Origin: Haliotis rubra
Taxonomy: Eukaryota
Assembly (NCBI RefSeq): GCF_003918875.1
Contig: NW_025767547.1
Span: forward strand, 62,001 to 126,000
DNA: 64,000 nucleotides
Direction: 5' to 3'
The position numbers were made by a program, and so were the translations under genes. Within the stretch, counting starts at the first letter, position 1. The number at the start of each line of letters is the position of its first letter. Under the pieces are notes generated by a model, which was given only the letters and a program-made list of their open reading frames with translations, had not been told where the DNA came from and searched no databases. Below, in pieces: positions 10,958 to 21,975 of this stretch.

Positions 10958-13900
10958 TTCAATACCTGTGCACTACTTGTTGGGTTGACTGTACATCTGG
11001 CTTCAATATATGTATACTACTTGTTGGGTTGACTGTACATCTGGCTTCAATACCCGTGTACTACTTGTTGGGTTGACTGTACATCTGGCTTTAATATATG
11101 TATACTACTTGTTGGGTTGACTGTACATCTGGCTTCAATATATATGTACTACTTGTTGGGTTGACTGTACATCTGGCTTTAATATATGTATACTACTTGT
11201 TTGGTTGACTGTACATCTGGCTTCAATATATATGTACTACTTGTTGGGTTGACTGTACATCTGGCTTCAATACCCGTGTACTACTTGTTGGGTTGACTGT
11301 ACATCTGGCTTCAATATATATGTACTACTTGTTGGGTTGACTGTACATCTGGCTTCAATACCCGTGTACTACTTGTTGGGTTGACTGTACATCTGGCTTC
11401 AATATATGAGTACTACTTGTTGGGTTGACTGTACATCTGGCTTCAATATATATGTACTACTTGTTGGGTTGACTGTACATCTGGCTTCAATACCCGTGTA
11501 CTACTTGTTGGGTTGACTGTACATCTGGCTTCAATATATGTATACTACTTGTTGGGATGACTGTACATCTGGCTTCAATACCCGTGTACTACTTGTTGGG
11601 TTGACTGTACATCTGGCTTCAATATATGTATACTACTTGTTGGGTTGACTGTACATCTGGCTTTAATATATGTATACTACTTGTTGGGTTGACTGTACAT
11701 CTGGCTTCAATATATGTATACTACTTGTTGGGTTGACTGTACATCTGGCTTCAATATATGTATACTACTTGTTGGGTTGACTGTACATCTGGTTTCAATA
11801 AATGTGTACTACTTGTTGGGTTGACTGTACATCTGGCTTTAATATATGTATACTACTTGTTGGGTTGACTGTACATCTGGCTTCAATATATATGTACTAC
11901 TTGTTGGGTTGACTGTACATCTGGCTTCAAATATATGTATACTACTTGTTGGGTTGACTGTACATCTGGCTTCAATATATATGTAATACTTGTTGGGTTG
12001 ACTGTTGACTGTACATCTGGCTTCAATACACCGTGTACTACTTGTTGGGTTGACTGTACATCTGGCTTCAATATATATGTACTACTTGTTGGGTTGACTG
12101 TACATCTGGCTTCAATACCCGTGTACTACTTGTTGGGTTGACTGTACATCTGGCTTCAATATATATGTACTACTTGTTGGGTTGACTGTACATCTGGTTG
12201 ACTTCAATACCCGTGTACTACTTGTTGGGTTGACTGTACATCTGGCTTCAATATATGTATACTACTTGTTGGGATGACTGTACATCTGGCTTCAATACCC
12301 GTGTACTACTTGTTGGGTTGACTGTACATCTGGCTTCAATATATGTATACTACTTGTTGGGTTGACTGTACATCTGGCTTAATATATGTATCCTACTTGT
12401 TGGGTTGACTGTACATCTGGCTTCAATATATGTATACTACTTGTTGGGTTGACTGTACATCTGGCTTCAACATATGTATACTACTTGTTGGGTTGACTGT
12501 ACATCTGGCTTTAATATATATGTATACTACTTGTTGGGTTGACTGTACATCTGGCTTCAATATATGTATACTACTTGTTGGGTTGACTGTACATCTGGCT
12601 TCAATATATGTGTTGGGTTACTACTTGTTGTATACTACTTGTTGACTGTACATCTGGCTTCAATATATATGTACTACTTGTTGGGACTTGACTGTATTGC
12701 TACTTGTTGGGTTGACATCTGGCTTCAACATATGTGTACTACTTGTTGGGTTGACTGTACATCTGGCTTCAATACCCGTGTACTACTTGTTGGGTTGACT
12801 GTACATCTGGCTTCAATATATGTATACTACTTGTTGGGTTGACTGTACATCTGGCTTTAATATATGTATCCTACTTGTTGGGTTGACTGTACACCTGGCT
12901 TCAATATATGTATACTACTTGTTGGGTTGACTGTACATCTGGCTTCAATATATGTATACTACTTGTTGGGTTGACTGTACATCTGGCTTTAATATATGTA
13001 TACTACTTGTTGGGTTGACTGTACATCTGGCTTTAATATATGTATACTACTTGTTGGGTTGACTGTACATCTGGCTTCAATATATGTATACTACTTGTTG
13101 GGTTGACTGTACATCTGGCTTCAATATATATGTACTACTTGTTGGGTTGACTGTACATCTGGCTTCAATATATGTGTACTACTTGTTGGGTTGACTGTAC
13201 ATCTGGCTTCAATACCCGTGTACTACTTGTTGGGTTGACTGTACATCTGGCTTCAATATATATGTACTACTTGTTGGGTTGACTGTACATCTGGCTTCAA
13301 TACCCGTGTACTACTTGTTGGGTTGACTGTACATCTGGCTTCAATATATGTATACTACTTGTTGGGATGACTGTACATCTGGCTTCAATACCCGTGTACT
13401 ACTTGTTGGGTTGACTGTACATCTGGCTTCAATATATGTATACTACTTGTTGGGTTGACTGTACATCTGGCTTTAATATATGTATCCTACTTGTTGGGTT
13501 GACTGTACATCTGGCTTCAATATATGTATACTACTTGTTGGGATGACTGTACATCTGGCTTCAATATATGTATACTACTTGTTGGGTTGACTGTACATCT
13601 GGCTTTAATATATGTATACTACTTGTTGGGTTGACTGTACATCTGGCTTTAATATATGTATACTACTTGTTGGGTTGACTGTACATCTGGCTTCAATATA
13701 TGTATACTACTTGTTGGGTTGACTGTACATCTGGCTTCAATATATATGTACTACTTGTTGGGTTGACTGTACATCTGGCTTCAATATATGTGTACTACTT
13801 GTTGGGTTGACTGTACATCTGGCTTCAATATATGTATACTACTTGTTGGGTTGACTGCACATCTGACTTCAATACCCCTGTACTACTTGTTGGGTTGACT

Positions 13901-14464
13901 GTACATCTGGCTTCAATACCCGTGTACTACTTGTTGGGTTGACTGTACATCTGGCTTCAATATATGTATACTACTTGTTGGGATGACTGTACATCTGGCT
14001 TCAATACCCGTGTACTACTTGTTGGGTTGACTGTACATCTGGCTTCAATACTCGTCTACTACTTGTTGGGTTGACTGTACATCTGGCTTCAATACCCGTG
14101 TACTACTTGTTGGGTTGACTGTACATCTGGCTTCAATACTCGTCTACTACTTGTTGGGTTGACTGTACATCTGGCTTCAATACCCGTGTACTACTTGTTG
14201 GGTTGACTGTACATCTGGCTTCAATACCCGTGTGCTACTTGTTTGGTTGACTGTACATCTGGCTTCGATACCTGTGCACTACTTGTTGGGTTGACTGTAC
14301 ATCTGGCTTCAATATATGTATACTACTTGTTGGGATGACTGTACATCTGGCTTCAATACCTGTGTACTACTTGTTGGGTTGACTGTACATCTGGCTTCAA
14401 TATCTGTGCACTAATTGTTGCGTTGACTGTACAGCTGGCTTCACTACCTGTGCGTTGACTGTAC
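10958..14464. repeat. 44-bp minisatellite, ~80 units
   Basis: Constant tactacttgttgggttgactgtacatctggcttcaata plus a few variable bases (tatgta / cccgtg / tatatg). Confidence 0.97.
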
Positions 14465-14569
14465 ACCCCGAGACGTATCATGTCAACCTCACACACATCT
14501 TTCCAGGAATCCTATTACTGTATGCTGATTGATCATGAGTCCCTTTTATAGCTGCAACTTCTGGTCTTG

Positions 14570-15625
14570 TATATCATTAAGTATATTGGGTTGCAGTCTT
14601 TCACTTTCTGGAGGACTCGATCTCAAATTGAGAGTTAGATTACCACAAGGCTGTTGCGAGTTGTTATGGTAAATGCGTCTTGCAAATATGTTGACTTGTT
14701 ACCTGTCTACAGGGGAATTAAATAGTGTGGCGTAATGGGAATTCAGGGCAATGTCACGTAACTCCCTGCCTCTTGAAGTGAGTCAGTGGGTTTGGTTTTA
14801 CGCCGCTTTTTGTAATATTCCACCAATATCACGGCGGGGGACACCAGAAATGGGCTTCACGCTTTGTACCCATGTGGGGAATCGAACCCGGGTCTTCGGC
14901 GTGACTAGCGAACGCCTTAACCACTAGGCTATCCCGCCTTCCCCCTGTCTCTTGGAAACAAGTTTTCTTATAGCAGGAAAATGATAACATTTTTGTGATG
15001 GGAGGTATGTGAATAGCTGACAGATACATTTAGTATCTTTGGCCTCGAACATCAAATGATCTAAAAAGTACTGTTCATCCCGTAGGTTACATAGAAGCCC
15101 CTTGTCGAAGTGAATATGAGGCATAGTTTTGGCAGTGGTAAATGGGCTGCCATTCCGTATAGCACCAGATGATGTTGTTATGTGCTGGTTTGATGGGTCC
15201 TTTCAGCAAAATGTCATGTGCAAATACATTTTTCCACAGCCTCTGAGGCCAACTATGACCGCATTGGAAAGGATGGTATACTTGAATTGTTCAGGCGCAT
15301 ATTGTGGCGGCGGCAGTAAAGTGAATCGCGATGGATATACTTCAGTGACTTTGTTGAGACGATGTTTAGTTCTCTGGTGACGTAACATAACGTCTTTTCT
15401 TAAAAATACTTTCCCCCACTCAGGACATGATGTTGACTCCATGGTTTAAAGACAGCAACTGAGGGTACAGCTGTTGAATTCCTTAGGATAGCCCATCCAT
15501 TTGACAAATACTTCCTTCTGACCTTTACTCTTTCTGGTTTGCAAGGTTTTTTCAACCCGCCTCATAGTATCCCCAAACTTGTAGACTTTCTGCATTTCAC
15601 TTACATTAAAACTAATTTGATCCTA
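14570..15625 (-). mobile_element. Polinton/Maverick relic: integrase C-terminus with chromodomain, followed by C2H2 finger and packaging ATPase
   Basis: Hand translation gives SFNVSEMQKV..RVEKTLQTRKSKGQKEVFVKWMGYPKEFNS (chromodomain). Next come CPEWGKVFLRKDVMLRHQRTKH, AVIVGLRGCGK (Walker A), IIWCYTEWQPIY, FLDHLM (Walker B), SHHKN..ENLF, RDIALNSHY..FNSPVD and RLQPNI. The relic is degenerate and split by a SINE. Confidence 0.8.
14778..14945 (-). mobile_element. tRNA-derived SINE, family 1, inserted in the Polinton ATPase
   Basis: Reverse complement of the family 1 consensus; flanked by a degenerate duplication ccctg(c/t)ctcttg. Confidence 0.85.
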
Positions 15626-15695
15626 TTTATTAGATAGACGAATACTTAGTTATTTAAGGATTTGTAAACTGATAGTTATGATCAACGTATGGAGG

Positions 15696-15853
15696 AGTGA
15701 GTAAGTTAGGCTTTACGCTACTTTTAGCAATATCCCAGCAATATTACAGCGGGGGACACCAGAAATGGGCTTCACACAATGTGCCCACGTGGGGAATCGA
15801 ACGAGGGTCTTCAGTGTGAAGAGCGAACGCCTTAACCATTAGGCTACCCCACC
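15696..15853 (-). mobile_element. tRNA-derived SINE, family 1
   Basis: Reverse complement of the consensus (ggggaatcgaac, accagaaatgggcttc). Confidence 0.85.
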
Positions 15854-15914
15854 AAAGTAGGGAGGAGAACGGTCATCGACACGACGTCTTGTTCATTATG
15901 CAACATAACAATTA

Positions 15915-16295
15915 GTTCCGTTACATCACGGAATATATATGGAAGGAAAGCCATGAGTGATGTAGGGTATGCTGATGACACACGCAGAAACAACCAAGAG
16001 ATTCATCATAGGCTCCTGGCATGTCAAACACGGATCGATGATAATAAATCGACAAGAAGATCGTGGGCGTGGGCTTTCCAGGTAAATTTCTCCGATATAT
16101 AGATTGGCTGTTCCTGGAATTCACTGAAGACTGACGTATATATACCGAGTATGTATACCGAGACGCAAGGTAAGATCTCGCCTCTGTTCGTTCCTACCTT
16201 CCTTCATTCGTTCGTTCGTTCGTTCCCTTCGTTGTTTGGTTGGTTGTCACTCGATCCACTGAAGGCGGACGTACCGAGACGCAAGGTAAGGTCTT
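15915..16295 (+). promoter_or_regulatory. Putative promoter and non-coding first exon(s) of cGLR-B
   Basis: kB-like GGGCTTTCC at ~16071, STAT-type TTCCTGGAA at 16111-16119, and donors GCAAG|GTAAG at 16169/16170 and ~16285. A degenerate copy lies at 20065-20140 and a candidate acceptor ttgcag at 21348. Confidence 0.35.
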
Positions 16296-17866
16296 GAGCT
16301 GTTTTTTGGGGACGATCGGAAAGATCGGAAACATATTATTCCTTCCAGGATTATCGGTTCCTTACTGACAACCGACAACCACGAGTCAATTCGAAAACAT
16401 ATGAGTACCTTTCTTTAGCTTTAATATATTTTTTGACAACCAGTGCAGTTCTAACGCTAAACGTGTTTCTTTTCACAGTATCGCGGAGAGTGTTTGTCAA
16501 AAATATATATTTGGTGAATCAATGATATGGTTAACGTGAAATGCATTTGACTAAATTGTATTTATTGAACTAATAAAACTTTTAATTAATATATTATTGC
16601 TATACATAAAACAGTCATGTGTTACCATCTTATCACGTTGGTATTCTATTCATATTTGGCCACACTGACTCATTATCAATTAAAGTATGTAATTTCTAAA
16701 TTTGAATATTTTTGTTTGTTGAATTTGTTATTTATTTTCTAATACATTTGTTATGCTGTAACAATGTTTTCAGTAACTATTCCAAATTATAAACTATTTT
16801 TACCTGTTAACATTTATATTTGATAGGAACTAGTTAATAGATATAATTAATGGAGACAATTGGCTTTATGCAATGTATAATGCATGTGTATAATACTTGA
16901 GTTTTTTAACATAAATAGTTTGTTAACTAGTCGGTAGGCTTAACATATAATTTTATTCTCTTTCAAGCCTAAGGGATGACTGTATTAACTTTACTGGATA
17001 GATGACAGAGATTTGCATGTGTCAAATTGGTTTTCTTTGACGTGCTGTAAATATATTGATAATGACATAGTGTAATTATTTCAGTTACTACTGTCAGATA
17101 TTCAAAACAAAAATGTCAAAACCCTCAGCCAGATGAATTTTCATCATGAAACAATAATTTATCAAATTATGTAAACATTATTTTAGTGCGGTAACATATA
17201 AAACAGGTTGATGGACAATATTAATTACACTTTGTACTGTCATGTATGTTATGAGCCATGTACTATGATGTACAGTACATGCGTGTTACTTAGTTCTTGG
17301 TTATGCAGGGGTGAGGTTCTGCTGTGCTGTAAGCAACATATTAAGCAGCGCACAGCACCTTCGAGTCACAAGTAGACAAAATGCAAGACCAAATACATTC
17401 AAATATGGGGCAATCACTCAAAGACTTTTCCTGTATTGTAAAATATACTGACCAAATACATTTCCTGTATTGTAAAATATACTGACCAACACATGGGAAA
17501 ACTAAATATGTATACATAATGTATACTATGTCATGACTGTAGATTCTGCAGACACAGGCTGATAGCAGCATGAGTATGATTACTTGTCATGAAATATAAT
17601 GTTCTTCACCTACTTTTTGTAACTTCTATATTCCAAATATTCTGCCATTAAGGCCATGTTGGGTAACTGGCATTCTCCAATGTTTTAAAATAATTGAAAG
17701 GAATAATGTGTACTGGTTATTGTGCTATGAACCAGTGTTGAAATCTGACAGCAAATACAAAGAAATTCATATCTCAACAACGATTTTATGCCATGTAGAA
17801 ATACATGTCTGTGCCATTGATAAGTTTAATTTTCATTGGCAAGCATGTTTCTTTTTCATGGAAACC

Positions 17867-18027
17867 GGGGTAGTAGGGTGGCCTAGTGGTTAAACTGGTA
17901 ACTTGTCACACTGAAGGCCCAGGTTGATTGCCCAGGTGGGTGCAAACTGTAAAGCCCATTTCTGCTATCCCCACCATGATGTTGCTAGAATATTGCTAAA
18001 AGCGGTGTAGAACCGATCTCACTCACT
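17867..18027 (+). mobile_element. tRNA-derived SINE, family 1 (diverged)
   Basis: gcctagtggttaaa..aagcccatttctg..gctaaaagcgg..ctcactcact. Confidence 0.8.
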
Positions 18028-19648
18028 TGGAAACCTTTGCTATATACACTGAAAATCTAATCTCATACCTTCATCGTTACATATTTTATGTTAAATCAAT
18101 ATCATCGCTAAAATCAGAAATCTTCCAAACCATTCAATTTGTACTTGGTTTATCCACACTTAAAAACAATAAACAAGTTTTAAAAGTATTCTGTAATTTT
18201 ATTCCAAGTGCATAATTACTCAAAACATTCTTTGCATTTCCCAGATGTTAAACCTGAAAAATAATGTAACAGTATGAACTGGAATATTTTCATGGTCACA
18301 CGTCTAAATTCTCACTGAATTATATGAGAGTCCCAAGATGTCCCAAGACGTTCCACAACACCTTGCTGATGGCAAGCATTTCCTGTTCAAGCAAGTGTCT
18401 AAAGTATGATGTGTAGGGCTATAATATGTTTTATAACTGTATATGCAACTCTTGCTGTATATTCTTTGGCAATGTATTGCTTGACCACCAGATGTTAAAA
18501 GAAATCTGAAGAATCTGTTTCAGTTTGAGTTGCTCTAGATGTCAATGATAATTGGGGTGATACAGACATTCCTCCTTCTTTCTCCTCTTAAAGATGTACA
18601 TCTGCTCCAACTGAAAAAAATACATAACACATGTGAGACCAAGTATGATATACTTCTAAAATGTAAACAGTTCCTTACAATGCTGATATCAAGATAGTAT
18701 TGATAAATTAAGCATGTTGATGTTATGTTTAACTGAACACAATAAACAAATGCTAAATGGGGTCGTATTAATCAAGCTCATATAAAAGAATACATTTGTG
18801 AGAGACACCGATTCAGAGCTATTCACATCAATCAAAGTGTGGATATAATCATAATTGTTTACATGCTATTAAATTACTATTTAATGCATTACATTTATTT
18901 TTTTAGAATTACACCTTGGATTTCATTGCACATACATGTATCTTCTAGATATTTCCAAATTGCAAGATATTGTATATATTGACACACTTCCCGATAAAAT
19001 GTTTTTTGCACAACTTTACAAATATTGACCAAAAAAACTCACATGTTTGTGAGGTTTAAGTAGGATATTAAATGCGATCAAACGACTCACCAATCTGCAC
19101 ACATGTCAACTCCACCCTTACTGTGCCTGCCATGCTTAAACTATACCAGCCTTTAAATGAATACAAAGAAACCGATGTAACAAATAAACTTACCTGGACT
19201 AATGAATGATTCAAAGAACCAGAAATGAAGACGACGCTGTGACAACTCTGCAGCTTTTGGCAGGTATCCACGTGCTATTCATGCAACATAGCCATGATAC
19301 GTTTATAGTCTGTTACATGACATAGTTTTCTGAGTCACACAGCGAGTGTAGAGTATGATGACCCACGGCGTGCCCCATGTAACAGCGTTATCGCCATTGC
19401 CGAAAAACGTTTGTCACCGGAAGTACTAAACAACGTAAGGTCTCGCGAAGTGCCGTGACCTACTTACGGGTACTATTGGTTAAAGGTTGTTGTAGTCACA
19501 CATGGTATTCTGAGGCGCCGAGTTACTCTAAACTAGAATTATATTCAGTGTTAAATAGTCCGGTGGCATCAGAGCCACTCATGTTTAGTAGATCTTGAAA
19601 ATAAGATAGACGAATGCTTAGTCATTTGAGGATTGGTAAGCGTATGGT

Positions 19649-19993
19649 GAGGTGAGGTGAAATTGGGTTTAACGTCGTACTTGAGAATATTTCGCTCATA
19701 TGACGACGTGCATGCGTGTGTATGTGTATGTGTGGCTGCTTGTACTAGCCCAGACTTAAGCTGGTTTTATAGTGCTAGCCCACTGAGATACCATGCCGCA
19801 GTGAAGCATGAATACCCCACCCAGACACATTATACTGACTCCGAGGCGACCAGTACCCATTAATGCCGAGCGCCAGGCAGGCACCAACAAGTACCATATT
19901 TTAACGTGTTTTGGTATGACGCGGTCGGGGATCGAAAACGCGACCTTCCGCTCTCCGGGCGGACGCTCTAACCACTACACCACGGAGGCGGTC
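19649..19993 (-). mobile_element. Full-length tRNA-headed SINE (distinct family) with 14-bp TSD
   Basis: TSD ggtaagcgtatggt on both sides; minus-strand head gaccgcctccgtggtgtagtggttagagcg..gttttcgatcccc. Confidence 0.85.
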
Positions 19994-20804
19994 GGTAAGC
20001 GTATGGTTATCCTTAAAGCAGGGACTAGAAGAGTCATCAACACGACTCTGCCCATTATGTAGCAGTTACATCACGGAATACAGATTGATGTTCCTGGTAT
20101 TCTGGGAAGGCGGACGTACCGAGACGCAAGATAAGGTCTTGCAGCTGTTCGTTCGTTCATTCGTTTGTTCTCTTCGTTGGTTGGTTGGTAGGTTGGTTGA
20201 TTGATAGATGTGAATAGGCCAGCAATATAGGTTGAATTTTGAATAATTTTCTTTGACGTTTCATTGCATCCTTTTTATACTTTTAATTTAATTTTAACAC
20301 GATGTTTTGGGCTTTGTCACCCTATCTATTGCTTAAGTCTCCTCTATTGACAACCAGTTGCTGTCCCCTTTCCTAAACTTCTCCCATTAGATGAAGTTCG
20401 ATGTGCCTGTGTGACTATCGTTGAGGTATTCCTCTGTATGTAAGGTATGTTCACTGTGACGTAATAGGCAAACGGACAACGGGTGTGGATATTAGAAGTG
20501 CCCTGTGCGGCTTCTGTTCCTGTTTTGTATGATAGCCAGCTGAGATACACAGGTCCTCTTTGAGCTTCTGTTCTTATGTTGTATGAAAGCCAACTAAATA
20601 CACAGGTCCTCTGTGTGGCTTCTGTTCCCAATTTGCTTGAAAGCCAACTGAGATAAGCAGGTCCTTTTTGTGGCTTCTGTAGTTAATTTGTTGTCAAGAG
20701 TTCTATAAGGACACCCCGCTCAGACATGTTAAACTGACTCAAATCTGACCTTGTTTTATCCCCTTGATGTCGAGCCCTAGAGAGTTACCATCTATGAACG
20801 TAGT

Positions 20805-21030
20805 TTAGTTGGTTGGCTGGCTGGTTGTTTAGCGCCGCACTCAGCAATATTCCAGCTACATGGCGGCGGTCTTTTAATAATCGAGTGTGGACCAGACAAT
20901 CCAGTGATCAACAGCATGAGCATGACATGTGTCAACCATGCAGCGAACCTGACCACCCGATCCCATTAGTCGCTTCCTACGACAACCTTTTGTTGCTGAA
21001 GATCAGTTCTAACCTGGATCTTCACGGGTA
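20805..21030 (-). mobile_element. SINE-like family 2 (non-tRNA structured head; tail shared with family 1)
   Basis: Same family at 26250-26430, 29085-29277, 29995-30160, 44212-44455, 50148-50465, 54180-54440 and 55938-56180. Confidence 0.8.
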
Positions 21031-21574
21031 CGTCGTTTAGTACAGACTGACTGACCGAGTAAGGTTTTACGCCGCTTTTAGCAATATCACGGCGGCACGG
21101 CAAAGGGATCCAAGCTTCCCTATTCGTGCAGACACTCAATCTACCAATCCACAGAGGTGGTGTAATTTAAATTCAGATAAAATGAATTTGATTTTGCATG
21201 GACGACTATCAGTCTGCCTTCACTGTGAAATGTACTCTACATTTAGAAAATTACACAGTTTGATCTGATTAATTTTTGAATATTAAGATCTTTTGTTCAT
21301 GATCTACCATACACTGTCTATTCATGATCTATCAAAACTTGGTTGCAGATACCTGTGTTGTACAAAAGCCTAAAATACGGATGCTGAAATACAGACCGAA
21401 AAATCCACTAGAAAAAGGGAGCCCCACCAACTACAGCCACAAACTCGGGTAAACCCACCCATGTATGGCCTGAAATCATCTGTAAAAACCAAACCCCCTG
21501 CAAAATCAAAACCTTCAGTTTAGAAGATATCGCAAATAGGCTACCCTCCTCCGTCTAAACATAAACTATCGCCG

Positions 21575-21975
21575 ACACGAATCAGCCAACAATAACAGCA
21601 TCACGTGCCCATATAATGAAAGGGAGAAGCAAACCTAATTCAAAACAAGGCTTTTCAAAACGTGATGGCACAAATATCCGTTTATCATCGGATAATGTCA
21701 AACGTCCCAAGGTGAAATATCCTCCCCGGTCTAAGGACGGCAAACATGGACTTTCGCCGTCAAAGGACACGAAACAGCCAACAATAACAGCATCACGTGC
21801 CCATACAAAGAAAGGGAGAAGCAAACCTAATTCAAAACAAGTCTTTTCAAAACGTGATGGCACAAATTTCCTTTTATCACCGGATAATGTCAAATTTCCT
21901 AAGGTGAAATATCCTCCGCGGTCTAAGGACGGCAAACACGGACCATCGCCGTCAAAAGACACGAAACAGCCACCA
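21575..21975 (+). repeat. 192-bp (64-aa) K/R/S/P-rich coding tandem repeat, ~2 units
   Basis: KGRSKPNSKQ..KVKYPPRSKDGKH..PSKDTKQP starts at 21619 and again at 21811. Confidence 0.9.

Noticed and set aside
10958-14464. CRISPR-like array (constant repeat plus variable insert)
   Set aside because: The variable part is only ~6-8 nt drawn from a few recurring variants. There are no unique spacers or cas genes and the context is eukaryotic, so this is a minisatellite.
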